A DNA stretch of 64,000 bases from Pseudomonadota bacterium (GCA_016711215.1 JADJTL010000001.1:531330-595329); one strand, 5' to 3'; shown: positions 48,767-58,071, counted from the first letter of the stretch. The notes: generated from the sequence alone by a model not told the origin. Program-made: numbers and translations.

Positions 48767-51062
48767 GGGCGGAGCCGCCGCGCTCCTCTTACTGACCGTC
48801 AGCCCGCTCGCTCGGGGCGCGACGCACGCTGGCGTGGGCGTCGACGCGCCCTGGCCTGCCTGTCAGGCGGCCCGGCTGCCGCAGGCGCTGCCGGAGGCGG
48901 TCGGCGTGCTGCCGGAACTCGTCGCCGATCTCGACGCCGTGGTCGACGACGCCCGGGCGGGCGGAGCGGTCGACGCGGTGGCCTTGGTGGTGCTGCGCGC
49001 CGGCCGCGTGATCTACCGTCGCGCCTGGGGTCGTGCCCGACCCGAGGCGATCTTCGACCTCGCCTCGCTGACCAAGGTGGTGGCGACCCTGCCGCTGGTT
49101 CGGCAGCTCGTCGCGGCCGGTCGCCTGGGTTTCGACGATCGCCTTTCTCTGCACCTGCCGTGGCTTCGCGGGCGATCGCTCGGCGCCCTGACCGTCCGTG
49201 AGCTGGCCAGCCATCGCGGTGGCCTGCCCTCGGTGTTGCGCTTTCCACGGCGCGGGCCCGGCGAGGCTCCGCGCCTGCGCGACGAGCGCGCCACGCTCCG
49301 CGAGCGGCTGCAGAAGGCGTCTTGGTCGCCGCGCTGGCGCGGGCGCTTTCGCTACAGCGACCTGGGCTACGTCCTGCTCGGCATGCTGGTCGAGCAGCTT
49401 GGTGGTGGGCGCTCCTTGGCGCGCCTGGCCCACGATCGGATCTTCGCGCCGATTGGCCTCTGCGATACGGGCTTCGTTGTGGCGGGGGCGCGGCTGGCTC
49501 GCGTGATCAACCCCTGGCCCGATGGCTCCTATGCGGGCGTGGTCTATGACCCGATGGCCGTGCGCCTGCGCGGCGTCGCCGGGCACGCGGGCCTCTACAG
49601 CACGGCTGACGATCTCGCCCGCTTCGCCCAGGCGCAGCTCGAGGCCGCGGCGCAGGGTCGGATGGCGGCGCCAGCCTTCGAGCTCGGTTGGCGCGCAGGC
49701 CTGCCCTACGGCGGCGGTCGGCCAGGCGGTGCCGCGCCGGCCGGCGACCTCTCCGTCCACCAGTTCGGCTTCACCGGGACCTCGCTCTGGATCGACCCGA
49801 TGACGCGCACGGCGGTCGTCCTGCTCTCCGACCGCACCCGCCGCGCGCCGCCCTCGTCGCTGGTGGAGCTGCGCCGGCGCGTCCATGGCGTGGTGAAGAC
49901 GGCGCTCTTGCAGCGGCCGGCGCGGGCCGTGCGCACGGGGCTGGACCAGCTCGTGGACAGTGGCTTCGCGGCGTTGCGCGGTCTTCGCATCGGGCTGATC
50001 ACCAACGACGCGGCGATCGATGCGCGGGGTCGCAGTGCGGTTCAGCTCTTGCTCGGCGCGAAGGGCGTGCGACTGGTCGCGATCTTCGCCGCCGAGCATG
50101 GTCTCGCGGTGAATCGCGAGGGACCGATCGCCGATGGCCATTACAGCGGTGCCGCCGGTAATCGCGTGCCCGTGCACAGTCTGTGGGGAGCGCGACGGCG
50201 CCTTCCCGCCGCCGTACTGAAGGGGCTCGATGCCCTGGTCTTCGATCTGCCGACGGTCGGCGTGCGCTACTACACCTATCTCACCACGCTCGCCGGGGCC
50301 CTCGAAGCGGCGGTGCGGCAGCGCTTGCGCGTCTTCGTGCTGGACCGCCCCAATCCGCTCGGTGGCGCAGCAATGGACGGTCCGGTGGCGGAGGAGGGAG
50401 CGCCTAGCGCGACGCACTATCTTCCCCTGCCGGTGCGTTACGCGCTCACGACCGGCGAGGTGGCGATGCTCTTCCGTGCTGAGGGACGGATCGAGGTGGA
50501 GCTGACGGTCGTGCCGGTGGTCGGCTGGTCGCGCGAGTGGCGTCACGATGCCTGGGGCGGGCCCTGGCGGGCGCCCTCGCCGAACTTGCCGAGCTGGCGC
50601 CACGCGCTGCTCTATGCCGCGACGGGTTTGCTCGAGGGCACGAATCTGTCGGTGGGGCGCGGTACGCAAAGCCCCTTTGCGCTCCTGGGTGCGCCCTGGA
50701 TCGAGGCCGGCGCCTTGGCTCGCTGGCTCAATGCGCGTCGGCTCCCCGGTGTGGCTTTCGTTCCCAGGCAGTTCAGGCCCGCGGTCGGAGAGCATCGCGG
50801 GCGAGTGTGCCAGGGTGTGCGCCTGCTGTTGACCGACCTCGACGCCTTTCGGCCGACGCTGACGGCCGTGACCCTGATGGCGGGGCTCTACCGCGCCCAC
50901 CGGGGGCAGTGGGATTCTACCCGGCTGTCGCGCATGGTTCGGGACGCGCCAACCCTCGCTGCCCTGCTGCGTGGGGATGATCCCGTGGCGATCGCTGCTG
51001 GCTGGCAGCCGGCGCTCGAGCGCTTCGCGCGACTGCGCCAGCGCTACTTGCTCTATCCCTGA
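48759..51062 (+). CDS. secreted serine-hydrolase (beta-lactamase/PBP-like) fused to a DUF1343/NamZ-like domain
   Basis: Signal-like N-terminus. SxxK motif (ASLTKVV) in the first roughly 370 aa. The C-terminal half has DUF1343-style blocks (GLITNDAAID, FAAEHG, VFDLPTVGVRYYTYLTT, VLDRPNPLGG). Start uncertain. Confidence 0.75.
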   Translation: MALGGAAALLLLTVSPLARGATHAGVGVDAPWPACQAARLPQALPEAVGVLPELVADLDAVVDDARAGGAVDAVALVVLRAGRVIYRRAWGRARPEAIFDLASLTKVVATLPLVRQLVAAGRLGFDDRLSLHLPWLRGRSLGALTVRELASHRGGLPSVLRFPRRGPGEAPRLRDERATLRERLQKASWSPRWRGRFRYSDLGYVLLGMLVEQLGGGRSLARLAHDRIFAPIGLCDTGFVVAGARLARVINPWPDGSYAGVVYDPMAVRLRGVAGHAGLYSTADDLARFAQAQLEAAAQGRMAAPAFELGWRAGLPYGGGRPGGAAPAGDLSVHQFGFTGTSLWIDPMTRTAVVLLSDRTRRAPPSSLVELRRRVHGVVKTALLQRPARAVRTGLDQLVDSGFAALRGLRIGLITNDAAIDARGRSAVQLLLGAKGVRLVAIFAAEHGLAVNREGPIADGHYSGAAGNRVPVHSLWGARRRLPAAVLKGLDALVFDLPTVGVRYYTYLTTLAGALEAAVRQRLRVFVLDRPNPLGGAAMDGPVAEEGAPSATHYLPLPVRYALTTGEVAMLFRAEGRIEVELTVVPVVGWSREWRHDAWGGPWRAPSPNLPSWRHALLYAATGLLEGTNLSVGRGTQSPFALLGAPWIEAGALARWLNARRLPGVAFVPRQFRPAVGEHRGRVCQGVRLLLTDLDAFRPTLTAVTLMAGLYRAHRGQWDSTRLSRMVRDAPTLAALLRGDDPVAIAAGWQPALERFARLRQRYLLYP

Positions 51063-51234
51063 GGGGTGCGGGCGGCCTCAGGCCTCGGGTCGGGCAGTCC
51101 GAAGGGGTGCCCCCGTTGGCCCACGTCGCTCGCCGCAGCGTCGGCGCTTGACCTCGCCTGCCACGAGAACAAGTCGAAAAGAGCATTGCATGCGAGTGGT
51201 TGCGACATCGACGCGACGCCTGTAACTTTATGCT

Positions 51235-51262
51235 TTGCAAAAGCTGCATTCTCGAATACTCT
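51235..51262 (+). promoter_or_regulatory. candidate sigma-70-type promoter of the RCC1 lipoprotein gene
   Basis: TTGCAA, a 16-nt spacer, then TACTCT, in a locally AT-rich 130-nt patch. A strong SD, AGGAGG (51283-51288), lies 6 nt before the ATG. Motif match only. Confidence 0.3.
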
Positions 51263-51294
51263 CGTTCTACGGCCTATAACGCAGGAGGTGCCTC

Positions 51295-54200
51295 ATGTCA
51301 GCGCGTCACTTCGGCTCGGTAGGGAAAGGGCGTGGCCGGTTGGGGGTGGGGCGGGGGGGGGCTTTGGGGGCGTTGGGGGTGGTGGGGGCGTTGGTGGCGT
51401 TGGTGGGGCTGGCGGGGCTGGCGGGGTGCGAGACGCTGGCGGATGACAGCAGCCTGACGCCGCCGCCGGCGGTGCGGTCGCAGGCGGCGAGCAGCAACGC
51501 GATGAACGCGATGAACGCGATGAACGCGATGAACGCGATGAACGCGATGAACGCGATGAACGCGATGAACGCGATGAACGCGATGAACGCGATGAACGCG
51601 ATGAACGCGATGAACGCGATGAACGCGATGAACGCGATGAACGCGATGAACGCGATGAACGCGATGAACGCGATGAACGCGATGAACGCGATGAACGCGA
51701 TGAACGCGATGAACGCGCTCAACGTCGGCGACCTGCGCATCCCCTCGACGACGCTGACGGACCTCTCGAAGTACACCTTCAACCAGGCCGAGGTGCTCTG
51801 CCCGGCGACGCGGCTGGGGCCGCTGACGGTGGCGGGGCAGAGCGCCAACGTGGTGCTGCCGCGCTGGTTGGTGCTCAAGAGCCAGTTCGAGCGCGTGCGC
51901 GAGGCCTGCTGCGCGAGCCCGCCCTGCGGCACGAGCTGCGCGCCGCTGACGGTGGCGATCGACGAGGACCTGGACGCCAACGGCAGCTTCAACCCGGCGG
52001 GGGGCGTGGACCAGACGGTGACCTACGAGGTCTTCAGCGGCATCGCGCTGGCGTGCGCGGACAAGGCCTACCGGCCCTTCCTGCTCCATCCGATCAGCGG
52101 CCCCGAGGTGCAGGCGCTGGACGCGGCGGGCAAGATCCCGACCTTCACGACCTACTTCCGCTATATGTGCATCCAGAGCTGGGATGAGACGCAGCACAAG
52201 GCCGTCTACCGCTGCGGCAAGGGCCGGGTGGCCGATGGCATCAGCGGCTACGCGGTGAAGGCGGGCACCAACTCCCCGCGACCGGTCTACCTGTCGAGCC
52301 TGACCTGGGGCGGCAACGTCTGGGATAAGCACTTCCAGTTCCTCAACGCGCACCTGGCCTCGATCGTCGAGAGCAAGCAGGGCACGGTGCCGGTTTCGGG
52401 CTACGCGCTCGACTACGCCTGGAACCTCAACCCGCGCGATGTCCACGCGGGCACCTCGACCAAGAAGGAGGCCGACTACCTGGCCGCCGTGGCGCTGAAG
52501 ACGGCGACGAGCCGCAGCGGCGTGGCCGTCAGCCCCTACAACCGCGCCAACCTGACGGGCGGCCAGAGCTTCAGCGCCAATGAGCTGAACCAGGGCGAGA
52601 CGGGCTACCGGACCTATCCCGACCTGGCCTCGAAGGGCACCCTCAACGGCATCGCCATCGACCTCAAGGTCTCCCCCTGGTACACGCAGAACTGCAAATG
52701 GGCCTCGGACTGGGGCCTGCCCGAGCTGACGCCGCAGTCGGTCGCCGGCGCCTCGGTCTTCCCGATCGGCAGCGCCAGCAACCAGGCCCTGCTCGGCCTC
52801 AACATCGGCGACACCACCCCGCGCCGCTGCCCCAGCTTCGCCACCTGCGAGCCCGGCCAGAGCTGCTGCATCGGCAAGTTCGCAATGGGCTGGGCGCATT
52901 CCTGCGCGATCCGCACCGACGCTACCGTCTGGTGCTGGGGCGGCAACTCGAAGGGACAGCTAGGACCAGGCAGCGCGGCCGACGGTGTTCCGGTCGCGAC
53001 CCCGGTCCTGGTCGGCCCGGGCGGAGCCTCGTTGAGTGGTGCGATCGACGTCGCTGTCGGCGTTGAGCATAGCTGCGCCCGCCGCAGTGACGGCAGCGTG
53101 TGGTGCTGGGGCTCGGGCGTGGGCGGCCAGCTTGGCCATGGCTCACTGAGCTCCAGCGCGAGCCCCGTGCGCGTCGTTGGCCTCGACGGATCCGCTGTGG
53201 AAGAGCTTGGCGTGGGCGACAGCCACAGCTGCGCCCGGCGCACGGACGGCAGCGTCTACTGTTGGGGCAGCAATCTCTACGGTCAGCTCGGGAACGGCTC
53301 GACCAGCAACTCGACGGTCGCCCAGCGCGTGCAAGCGCTGGGCACGGCGGCGGTCGAGCTGGTCGCAGGAGGTGGTCGTGCCTGCGCGCGGCTGGCCGAC
53401 GGGACGCTTTGGTGCTGGGGTGAGAATTACTACGGCCAGCTCGGCGACGGGACGACCGTCTCGCGCTCGCTGCCGACGCAGATCACGGCCCACGGTACCG
53501 ATGCTGCCGGGGTTGCCTTGGGGATGTATGGGACCTTCGTGCGGCGTAAGGACGGGACGCTCTGGGCGTCCGGGTCCCACTTCCTTGGCGCGCTGGGCAT
53601 CGGCTCGGCCTCAGGGGGGCCCAACCCCGTGCTCGTCACCGCGCTCGGCACGAGCGTGACCGATGTTGTGGCTGGGATGTTTCATGGCTGCGCCCGGAAG
53701 AGCGATGGCACCGTCTGGTGCTGGGGCTACAATGCCCAGGGCCAGCTCGGCGATGGCACTTGGACGCAACGTACCCTTCCCAAGCAGGTCACTGCGCTGG
53801 GGACCACGACGGCGGCGCTCGCCGCGGGGTCGTCCTCGAGCTGTGCGCGCCGCAGTGACGGCAAGCTCTGGTGCTGGGGATCCAACGGTGCGGGCCAACT
53901 TGGGAACTACCTGAGCACGAGCACCCCGCGCCCCGCGCTCGGCCTTCAGTGCGAATGCGGCGATGGGGTCTGTAGTCGCAGCGAAACCAAGGCGACCTGC
54001 TCGGTGGACTGCCGGCAAGAGAGCTGCGGCGACGGTCAGTGCACGGGCGGCGAGACGCCCTCGGTCTGCTCGCGGGACTGTGCCGCGGCCCCCAGCTACA
54101 CGGGACTGTCGGTGGGATTGATGCATACCTGCGCCAACCGCAATGATGGCAGCCTCTGGTGCTGGGGAAGCGGCTCCCTCGGTGGCACTGCGACGGAGGG

Positions 54201-55398
54201 GCGCGCCAGTCCCGTGCTGGTCACGAGCTTTGGTACGGGCGCCGTGGCGTTGCAGGAGGGTGGCAACCGGGGTTGTGCGCGGCGCGCGAATGGTACCCTC
54301 TGGTGCTGGGGGCGCGGCGCGTTGAGCGGCACTGGGGCGACACAGGTGGGCGATGGGACGTCGCTGGCCCGCACCATGCCGGTCGCCATCACGGCCCTCG
54401 GCACGACGGTGGCTGAGGTCGCCGTAGGAAACTACGGTTACTGTGCGCGCCGCACCGATAAGAGCCTCTGGTGCTGGGACGACAACGCACCGGAGGGGCC
54501 GGCGGCCAGCGGATGGAAAGTGAGTCAAGTGGCGGCGCTGGGTACGACTGTTGCCGAGGTTGCGGTTGGGGCGAGTCATACTTGCGCGCGGCGCGTGGAC
54601 GGCAGCCTTTGGTGCTGGGGGACAAATGGCAATGGCGCGCTCGGCGATGGCACGCTGACCACGCGCTACGTGCCCATGCCGGTCACCGCGCTCGGGACCT
54701 CGGTGGCGGGGGTCGTCGCCGGCTTCGAGTACACCTGCGCTCGTCGCACGGACGGCACTGCCTGGTGCTGGGGGCAAAATGGCGTCGGGCAGCTTGGCGA
54801 CGGCACAACGACCGGGCGCATCATTCCCACGCGCGTGACGGCGCTGGGCACCTCCGTGGCCCAGCTCGCGGCCGGCTATTGGCAAAGCGTCTGCGCGCGC
54901 CGTACCGACGGCAGTCTCTGGTGCTGGGGCTACAACCCCGGCGGTCTGCTCGGTGACGGCGCCACCAACTACTATAGCGCTACGCCGGTGCACCTCGCCG
55001 CGCTCGGCACCTCTGTGATCGACGTCGGCGTTGGCTGGTTCCACGCCTGTGCTCGCCGTGTGGACGGCAGCGTGTGGTGCTGGGGTGATAACGGCAACGC
55101 GCAGCTCGGCACCGACGCGACGTTTGCCCCCACGTCCTCCGCGCCGCTGCCCTTGGCGCGCTGCGGCGACGGCATCTGCTCGCTGCCCGAGCGGCAGAGC
55201 GGGGGCTGCGCCGCGGACTGCGCGGCGACCTGCGGCGATTGTGTGTGTGATGGCGTGCTCGAGGACGCCGATAGCTGCCCGGCCGACTGCGTGGCGGGCA
55301 ATACCTGCACGCCCGGCACCTGCGGCAACGGCAAATGCGACGCGACCGAGAATTGCCAGCTCTGCGCCACCGACTGCGGCAGCTGCTACCCCTTTTAG
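51295..55398 (+). CDS. giant lipoprotein: (NAM)24 stalk, unassigned ~380-aa domain, two 7-bladed RCC1-like beta-propellers, Cys-rich CGDG modules
   Basis: Lipobox LAGC. 14 blades carry W(C/A)WG-x-N-x-x-GQLG(D/N)G signatures, 7 + 7 separated by CGDGVCS...CGDGQC modules. The C-terminus has further Cys-rich repeats. Confidence 0.85.
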   Translation: MSARHFGSVGKGRGRLGVGRGGALGALGVVGALVALVGLAGLAGCETLADDSSLTPPPAVRSQAASSNAMNAMNAMNAMNAMNAMNAMNAMNAMNAMNAMNAMNAMNAMNAMNAMNAMNAMNAMNAMNAMNAMNAMNAMNALNVGDLRIPSTTLTDLSKYTFNQAEVLCPATRLGPLTVAGQSANVVLPRWLVLKSQFERVREACCASPPCGTSCAPLTVAIDEDLDANGSFNPAGGVDQTVTYEVFSGIALACADKAYRPFLLHPISGPEVQALDAAGKIPTFTTYFRYMCIQSWDETQHKAVYRCGKGRVADGISGYAVKAGTNSPRPVYLSSLTWGGNVWDKHFQFLNAHLASIVESKQGTVPVSGYALDYAWNLNPRDVHAGTSTKKEADYLAAVALKTATSRSGVAVSPYNRANLTGGQSFSANELNQGETGYRTYPDLASKGTLNGIAIDLKVSPWYTQNCKWASDWGLPELTPQSVAGASVFPIGSASNQALLGLNIGDTTPRRCPSFATCEPGQSCCIGKFAMGWAHSCAIRTDATVWCWGGNSKGQLGPGSAADGVPVATPVLVGPGGASLSGAIDVAVGVEHSCARRSDGSVWCWGSGVGGQLGHGSLSSSASPVRVVGLDGSAVEELGVGDSHSCARRTDGSVYCWGSNLYGQLGNGSTSNSTVAQRVQALGTAAVELVAGGGRACARLADGTLWCWGENYYGQLGDGTTVSRSLPTQITAHGTDAAGVALGMYGTFVRRKDGTLWASGSHFLGALGIGSASGGPNPVLVTALGTSVTDVVAGMFHGCARKSDGTVWCWGYNAQGQLGDGTWTQRTLPKQVTALGTTTAALAAGSSSSCARRSDGKLWCWGSNGAGQLGNYLSTSTPRPALGLQCECGDGVCSRSETKATCSVDCRQESCGDGQCTGGETPSVCSRDCAAAPSYTGLSVGLMHTCANRNDGSLWCWGSGSLGGTATEGRASPVLVTSFGTGAVALQEGGNRGCARRANGTLWCWGRGALSGTGATQVGDGTSLARTMPVAITALGTTVAEVAVGNYGYCARRTDKSLWCWDDNAPEGPAASGWKVSQVAALGTTVAEVAVGASHTCARRVDGSLWCWGTNGNGALGDGTLTTRYVPMPVTALGTSVAGVVAGFEYTCARRTDGTAWCWGQNGVGQLGDGTTTGRIIPTRVTALGTSVAQLAAGYWQSVCARRTDGSLWCWGYNPGGLLGDGATNYYSATPVHLAALGTSVIDVGVGWFHACARRVDGSVWCWGDNGNAQLGTDATFAPTSSAPLPLARCGDGICSLPERQSGGCAADCAATCGDCVCDGVLEDADSCPADCVAGNTCTPGTCGNGKCDATENCQLCATDCGSCYPF
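51496..51711 (+). repeat. 24 perfect tandem copies of the 9-mer AACGCGATG (Asn-Ala-Met), followed by degenerate copies AACGCGCTC and AACGTCGGC
   Basis: Counted directly: 216 nt with no substitution, in frame inside the RCC1 lipoprotein gene. Confidence 0.95.
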
Positions 55399-55407
55399 GG
55401 TGCTGCT

Positions 55408-55431
55408 GGGTCGTCGAGTGGGTCGTCGAGT
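55408..55431. repeat. 12-bp perfect tandem duplication (gggtcgtcgagt x2)
   Basis: Read directly. Intergenic, 10 nt after the RCC1 gene stop. Confidence 0.9.
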
Positions 55432-55466
55432 CGCCAAGGACCGCCGCTGCGATTAGAATCTGCGCC

Positions 55467-56435
55467 GTGGGGAACCCTCGGCGCAGACAGGTCCTGCTCG
55501 GCTCGCTGGTGCTCTTCGGCGCGCTCGCCGCTTGCGGTCACGGCGGCGGCGCTGACCGCAAGCCTGCAGCCCTGCCCAGTCCGCCGCCCGCGCTGCTGAT
55601 CGAGAACCAGCGCCTCCCGAACGCGGTGATCATCCGTGACGGGAGTTTTCCCTCGGCTCAGCGGCTGGCCCAGGAGCGCGATCGACTGTGTGCGGGCGAT
55701 GCCGCGCCGGTCGTCTTCCTCCAGGTCGTGCTCGGCGCCGAGTGGCATTACTACTTCCTCTGCAACCAGCGGGACGCCGTCCGGGCGATGAGCCGCGCGG
55801 GTGAGCAGCAGCTCAGCGCCTGGCTCGACGGGATCGAGCGGCGCGCGGGTCGCGAGCGCGGGGGCTGCCAGCCCGGGGCGCGCGGCGAGCTCTTCTCGAC
55901 GACCCATCCGAGCGGCACGAGCGTGGTCGTCGATTGCGACGGCACGGTCGTGCTGCGCTTCGCGGACGGCGGTCGCAAGACGCTGCAGGTCGGGCAGCCG
56001 GGCGGGGCGCCGGGCGGTGGCCCCGCGACGCCTGCCGCGGCGGCGCAGCCGGCCGCACCGCCGGCGCCCACCGTGCCGCCGCGCGAGGCGCCAGCGCCGC
56101 GGTCGGCACGCTGCGCGCCGTGTCCCAGGTCGAGCTGCGAGCCGGACTTGGCCGCCTGCCCGCCGCCGCCGGCGTGCCCGGCCTGCCCTGCCTGTCCGGC
56201 CTGTCCGGCGTCGCCATCCCCGCAGCGGGGCGCGTCTGGCCGCGGCGCGGAGGGCTCCTCGGCCGCCCTGCGTGCTGCCCGCCTGGCTGCCGTGCTGCAG
56301 GGGCGCCGTCAGGCCTGCGACGCGCTCTGCCCGGCGCTCTTCAAGCGCTGTCGCAAGCAATCTCCGCGTGGTCAGTTTTGCTTCGAGCTTAGCGAGTTCT
56401 GCGCGACCCTGCCCGGCGTTTGCTTGCAGCGCTGA
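55467..56435 (+). CDS. Cys-rich putative lipoprotein with (Ala-Cys-Pro)n tract
   Basis: ORF 55335-56435 trimmed to GTG 55467 (VGNPRRRQVLLGSLVLFGALAAC, lipobox LAAC). Internal CPPPPACPACPACPACPASP from imperfect 9-bp repeats (56172-56216). Confidence 0.5.
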   Translation: MGNPRRRQVLLGSLVLFGALAACGHGGGADRKPAALPSPPPALLIENQRLPNAVIIRDGSFPSAQRLAQERDRLCAGDAAPVVFLQVVLGAEWHYYFLCNQRDAVRAMSRAGEQQLSAWLDGIERRAGRERGGCQPGARGELFSTTHPSGTSVVVDCDGTVVLRFADGGRKTLQVGQPGGAPGGGPATPAAAAQPAAPPAPTVPPREAPAPRSARCAPCPRSSCEPDLAACPPPPACPACPACPACPASPSPQRGASGRGAEGSSAALRAARLAAVLQGRRQACDALCPALFKRCRKQSPRGQFCFELSEFCATLPGVCLQR

Positions 56436-56436
56436 G

Positions 56437-57609
56437 CTAGGGCGCGGGCGCCTCCGGCCGCGCCGCCTCCACCCGGGGCAGGCCGTAGCGATGGGGGCAG
56501 CGGCCCTTGGTGGCGCCGAACCAGCGGCAGATCAGGTCGACGGCGGGTTTGCCCCGCGGCGTGTACTCGCGACTGCGCGGGCCGCCCCAGCCGAACCAGT
56601 TCCAAACATAGAGGCCGCGCAGGAAGGTGGCGTCGCGCCAGACCTGACCAAAGGCGGCGAAGGCCGCCGCTTGCGCGCCCAGATCGGCCTGGCCCTGGAC
56701 GGCCTCCTCCCAGGGGCGCGCGGCGCAGGCCGTGCTGCTGTGATAGCCGAGCTCGGTGAAGATCAGCGGTTTGCGCATCCGGGTCCACCAGCGCTCGAGT
56801 CGGACGCGCTCCTCGCGCCAAGCGTGAACCAGGCGCTCGTGGTTCGGTGGGGGCTCGCTCTCGCCGACGAGCGGGAAGTAGGCCGAGATGCCCATCACAT
56901 CGACCAGGGGCCAGAGGGCGACGCGGTCGTAGCCGAGCCAGTTGGCGGAATAGACGAGCTGCCCGCGATAGGCGCGCCGCAGGGCGGCCACCAGGGGGAT
57001 CCAGGGTCGCGCGTCCTGATCGAGGGAGTGCAGCTCGCTGCCGATCGCCAGGCCGGCCACCCGCTGGCGCGCGGCGACTCGGGCCAGTCGCAGCAGTAGC
57101 CGCGTGTAGCTCTGCCACCAGCGCCGAGGGTCGCGGGGCGCCAGCGTTCCGCGCCATTCGTCGATCGTCGCCTGGTAGCTCAGGCGAAGGATCGGAAAGA
57201 GCAGCACGGCCAAGCCGTGCCGATGGGCCTGGGCGATCGAGCGCAGGATCGCCGCGTCGCTCGGCGTGAAGCGCGGGTGCGGCGCGATCGTCACGCTGTG
57301 CCAGTCATGCTGGTAGTAGGGCAGCACGATGGCGACGTGGGTCGCACCGGTCGCGGCGATCTCGGCGAGCAAGGGGCCGTAGTCGTAGTCCGGCTCCTCG
57401 GCGAAGAGGCCGAGGGCGATGCCGCGCTGCTGCCAATGCGGGATCTCGGGCGCCGGGGCGGCCGCGGGCGCTGGCCGAGGTGCTGAAGGGCGGGTCGCGC
57501 GTGTCGGCTCAGGTTGCGCCGCCGTGCTGGTCGGAGCGCTAAGCAGCCCGATCAGGCAGCACCGCAAGAGCAGCCGCCGGGAAGACCGATCGAGGAGGCG
57601 CCGGGGCAC
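56437..57609 (-). CDS. secreted TIM-barrel glycoside-hydrolase-like protein
   Basis: Signal-like N-terminus. Blocks such as GATHVAIVL, LAIGSELHSL, GISAYFPL and IFTELGY resemble clan GH-A (beta/alpha)8 hydrolases. Family not assignable by eye. Confidence 0.55.
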   Translation of the reverse strand: MPRRLLDRSSRRLLLRCCLIGLLSAPTSTAAQPEPTRATRPSAPRPAPAAAPAPEIPHWQQRGIALGLFAEEPDYDYGPLLAEIAATGATHVAIVLPYYQHDWHSVTIAPHPRFTPSDAAILRSIAQAHRHGLAVLLFPILRLSYQATIDEWRGTLAPRDPRRWWQSYTRLLLRLARVAARQRVAGLAIGSELHSLDQDARPWIPLVAALRRAYRGQLVYSANWLGYDRVALWPLVDVMGISAYFPLVGESEPPPNHERLVHAWREERVRLERWWTRMRKPLIFTELGYHSSTACAARPWEEAVQGQADLGAQAAAFAAFGQVWRDATFLRGLYVWNWFGWGGPRSREYTPRGKPAVDLICRWFGATKGRCPHRYGLPRVEAARPEAPAP

Positions 57610-57627
57610 GGCCTGGAAGGCAGGGGC

Positions 57628-58071
57628 TCAGTGGCCGTCGTTGGCGGGAAGGGCGTCGGATGCACCCGCATCGCTGGCGACGGCGGCGTCGATCGGCTGC
57701 GCGTCGGCGCGGCCGCGATCAGCGACGCTGCCATCGGCGCGCCCCGCATCGCGCGTCGTTTCGGCGGCGCCGTCGACCCGCAGCCCGGCGCCCAGGTCGC
57801 TGCCGGCGTCGCGGACGGCGCCAGCGCCATCCGACACGCTGGCGTCGCGCGTCAGCTCGCAGCTCTCAGGACGGGTGCAGATGCCGCCGATGATCAGGCT
57901 CTCCGGGTCGTCGCGGCGGCAGCAGCGCAGCGCGTCGCCGCAGTCGTCGTCGACCTGGCAGCGATCGTTTTCGCCTTGCTTGCAGCCCAGGGACGCCAGG
58001 GCGCTCAGCGCGACGACCGCAAGCAGTGTTCCGCGCCGACGAGTTCCGTGCCGCATCGCCATAATGCCCAT
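57628..58071 (-). CDS. small Cys-rich lipoprotein with Asp/Ala-rich tail
   Basis: Lipobox ASLGC followed by CQVDDDCGDALRCC...GGICTRPESC. The ATG at 58062 (fourth codon) has better SD spacing (AAGGA-N8-ATG). Confidence 0.5.
   Translation of the reverse strand: MGIMAMRHGTRRRGTLLAVVALSALASLGCKQGENDRCQVDDDCGDALRCCRRDDPESLIIGGICTRPESCELTRDASVSDGAGAVRDAGSDLGAGLRVDGAAETTRDAGRADGSVADRGRADAQPIDAAVASDAGASDALPANDGH

Noticed and set aside
51496-51711. The 9-bp repeat array as a possible CRISPR array
   Set aside because: Units are only 9 nt and directly abut each other with no spacers. They are in frame inside a long ORF, and there are no cas genes in the window.
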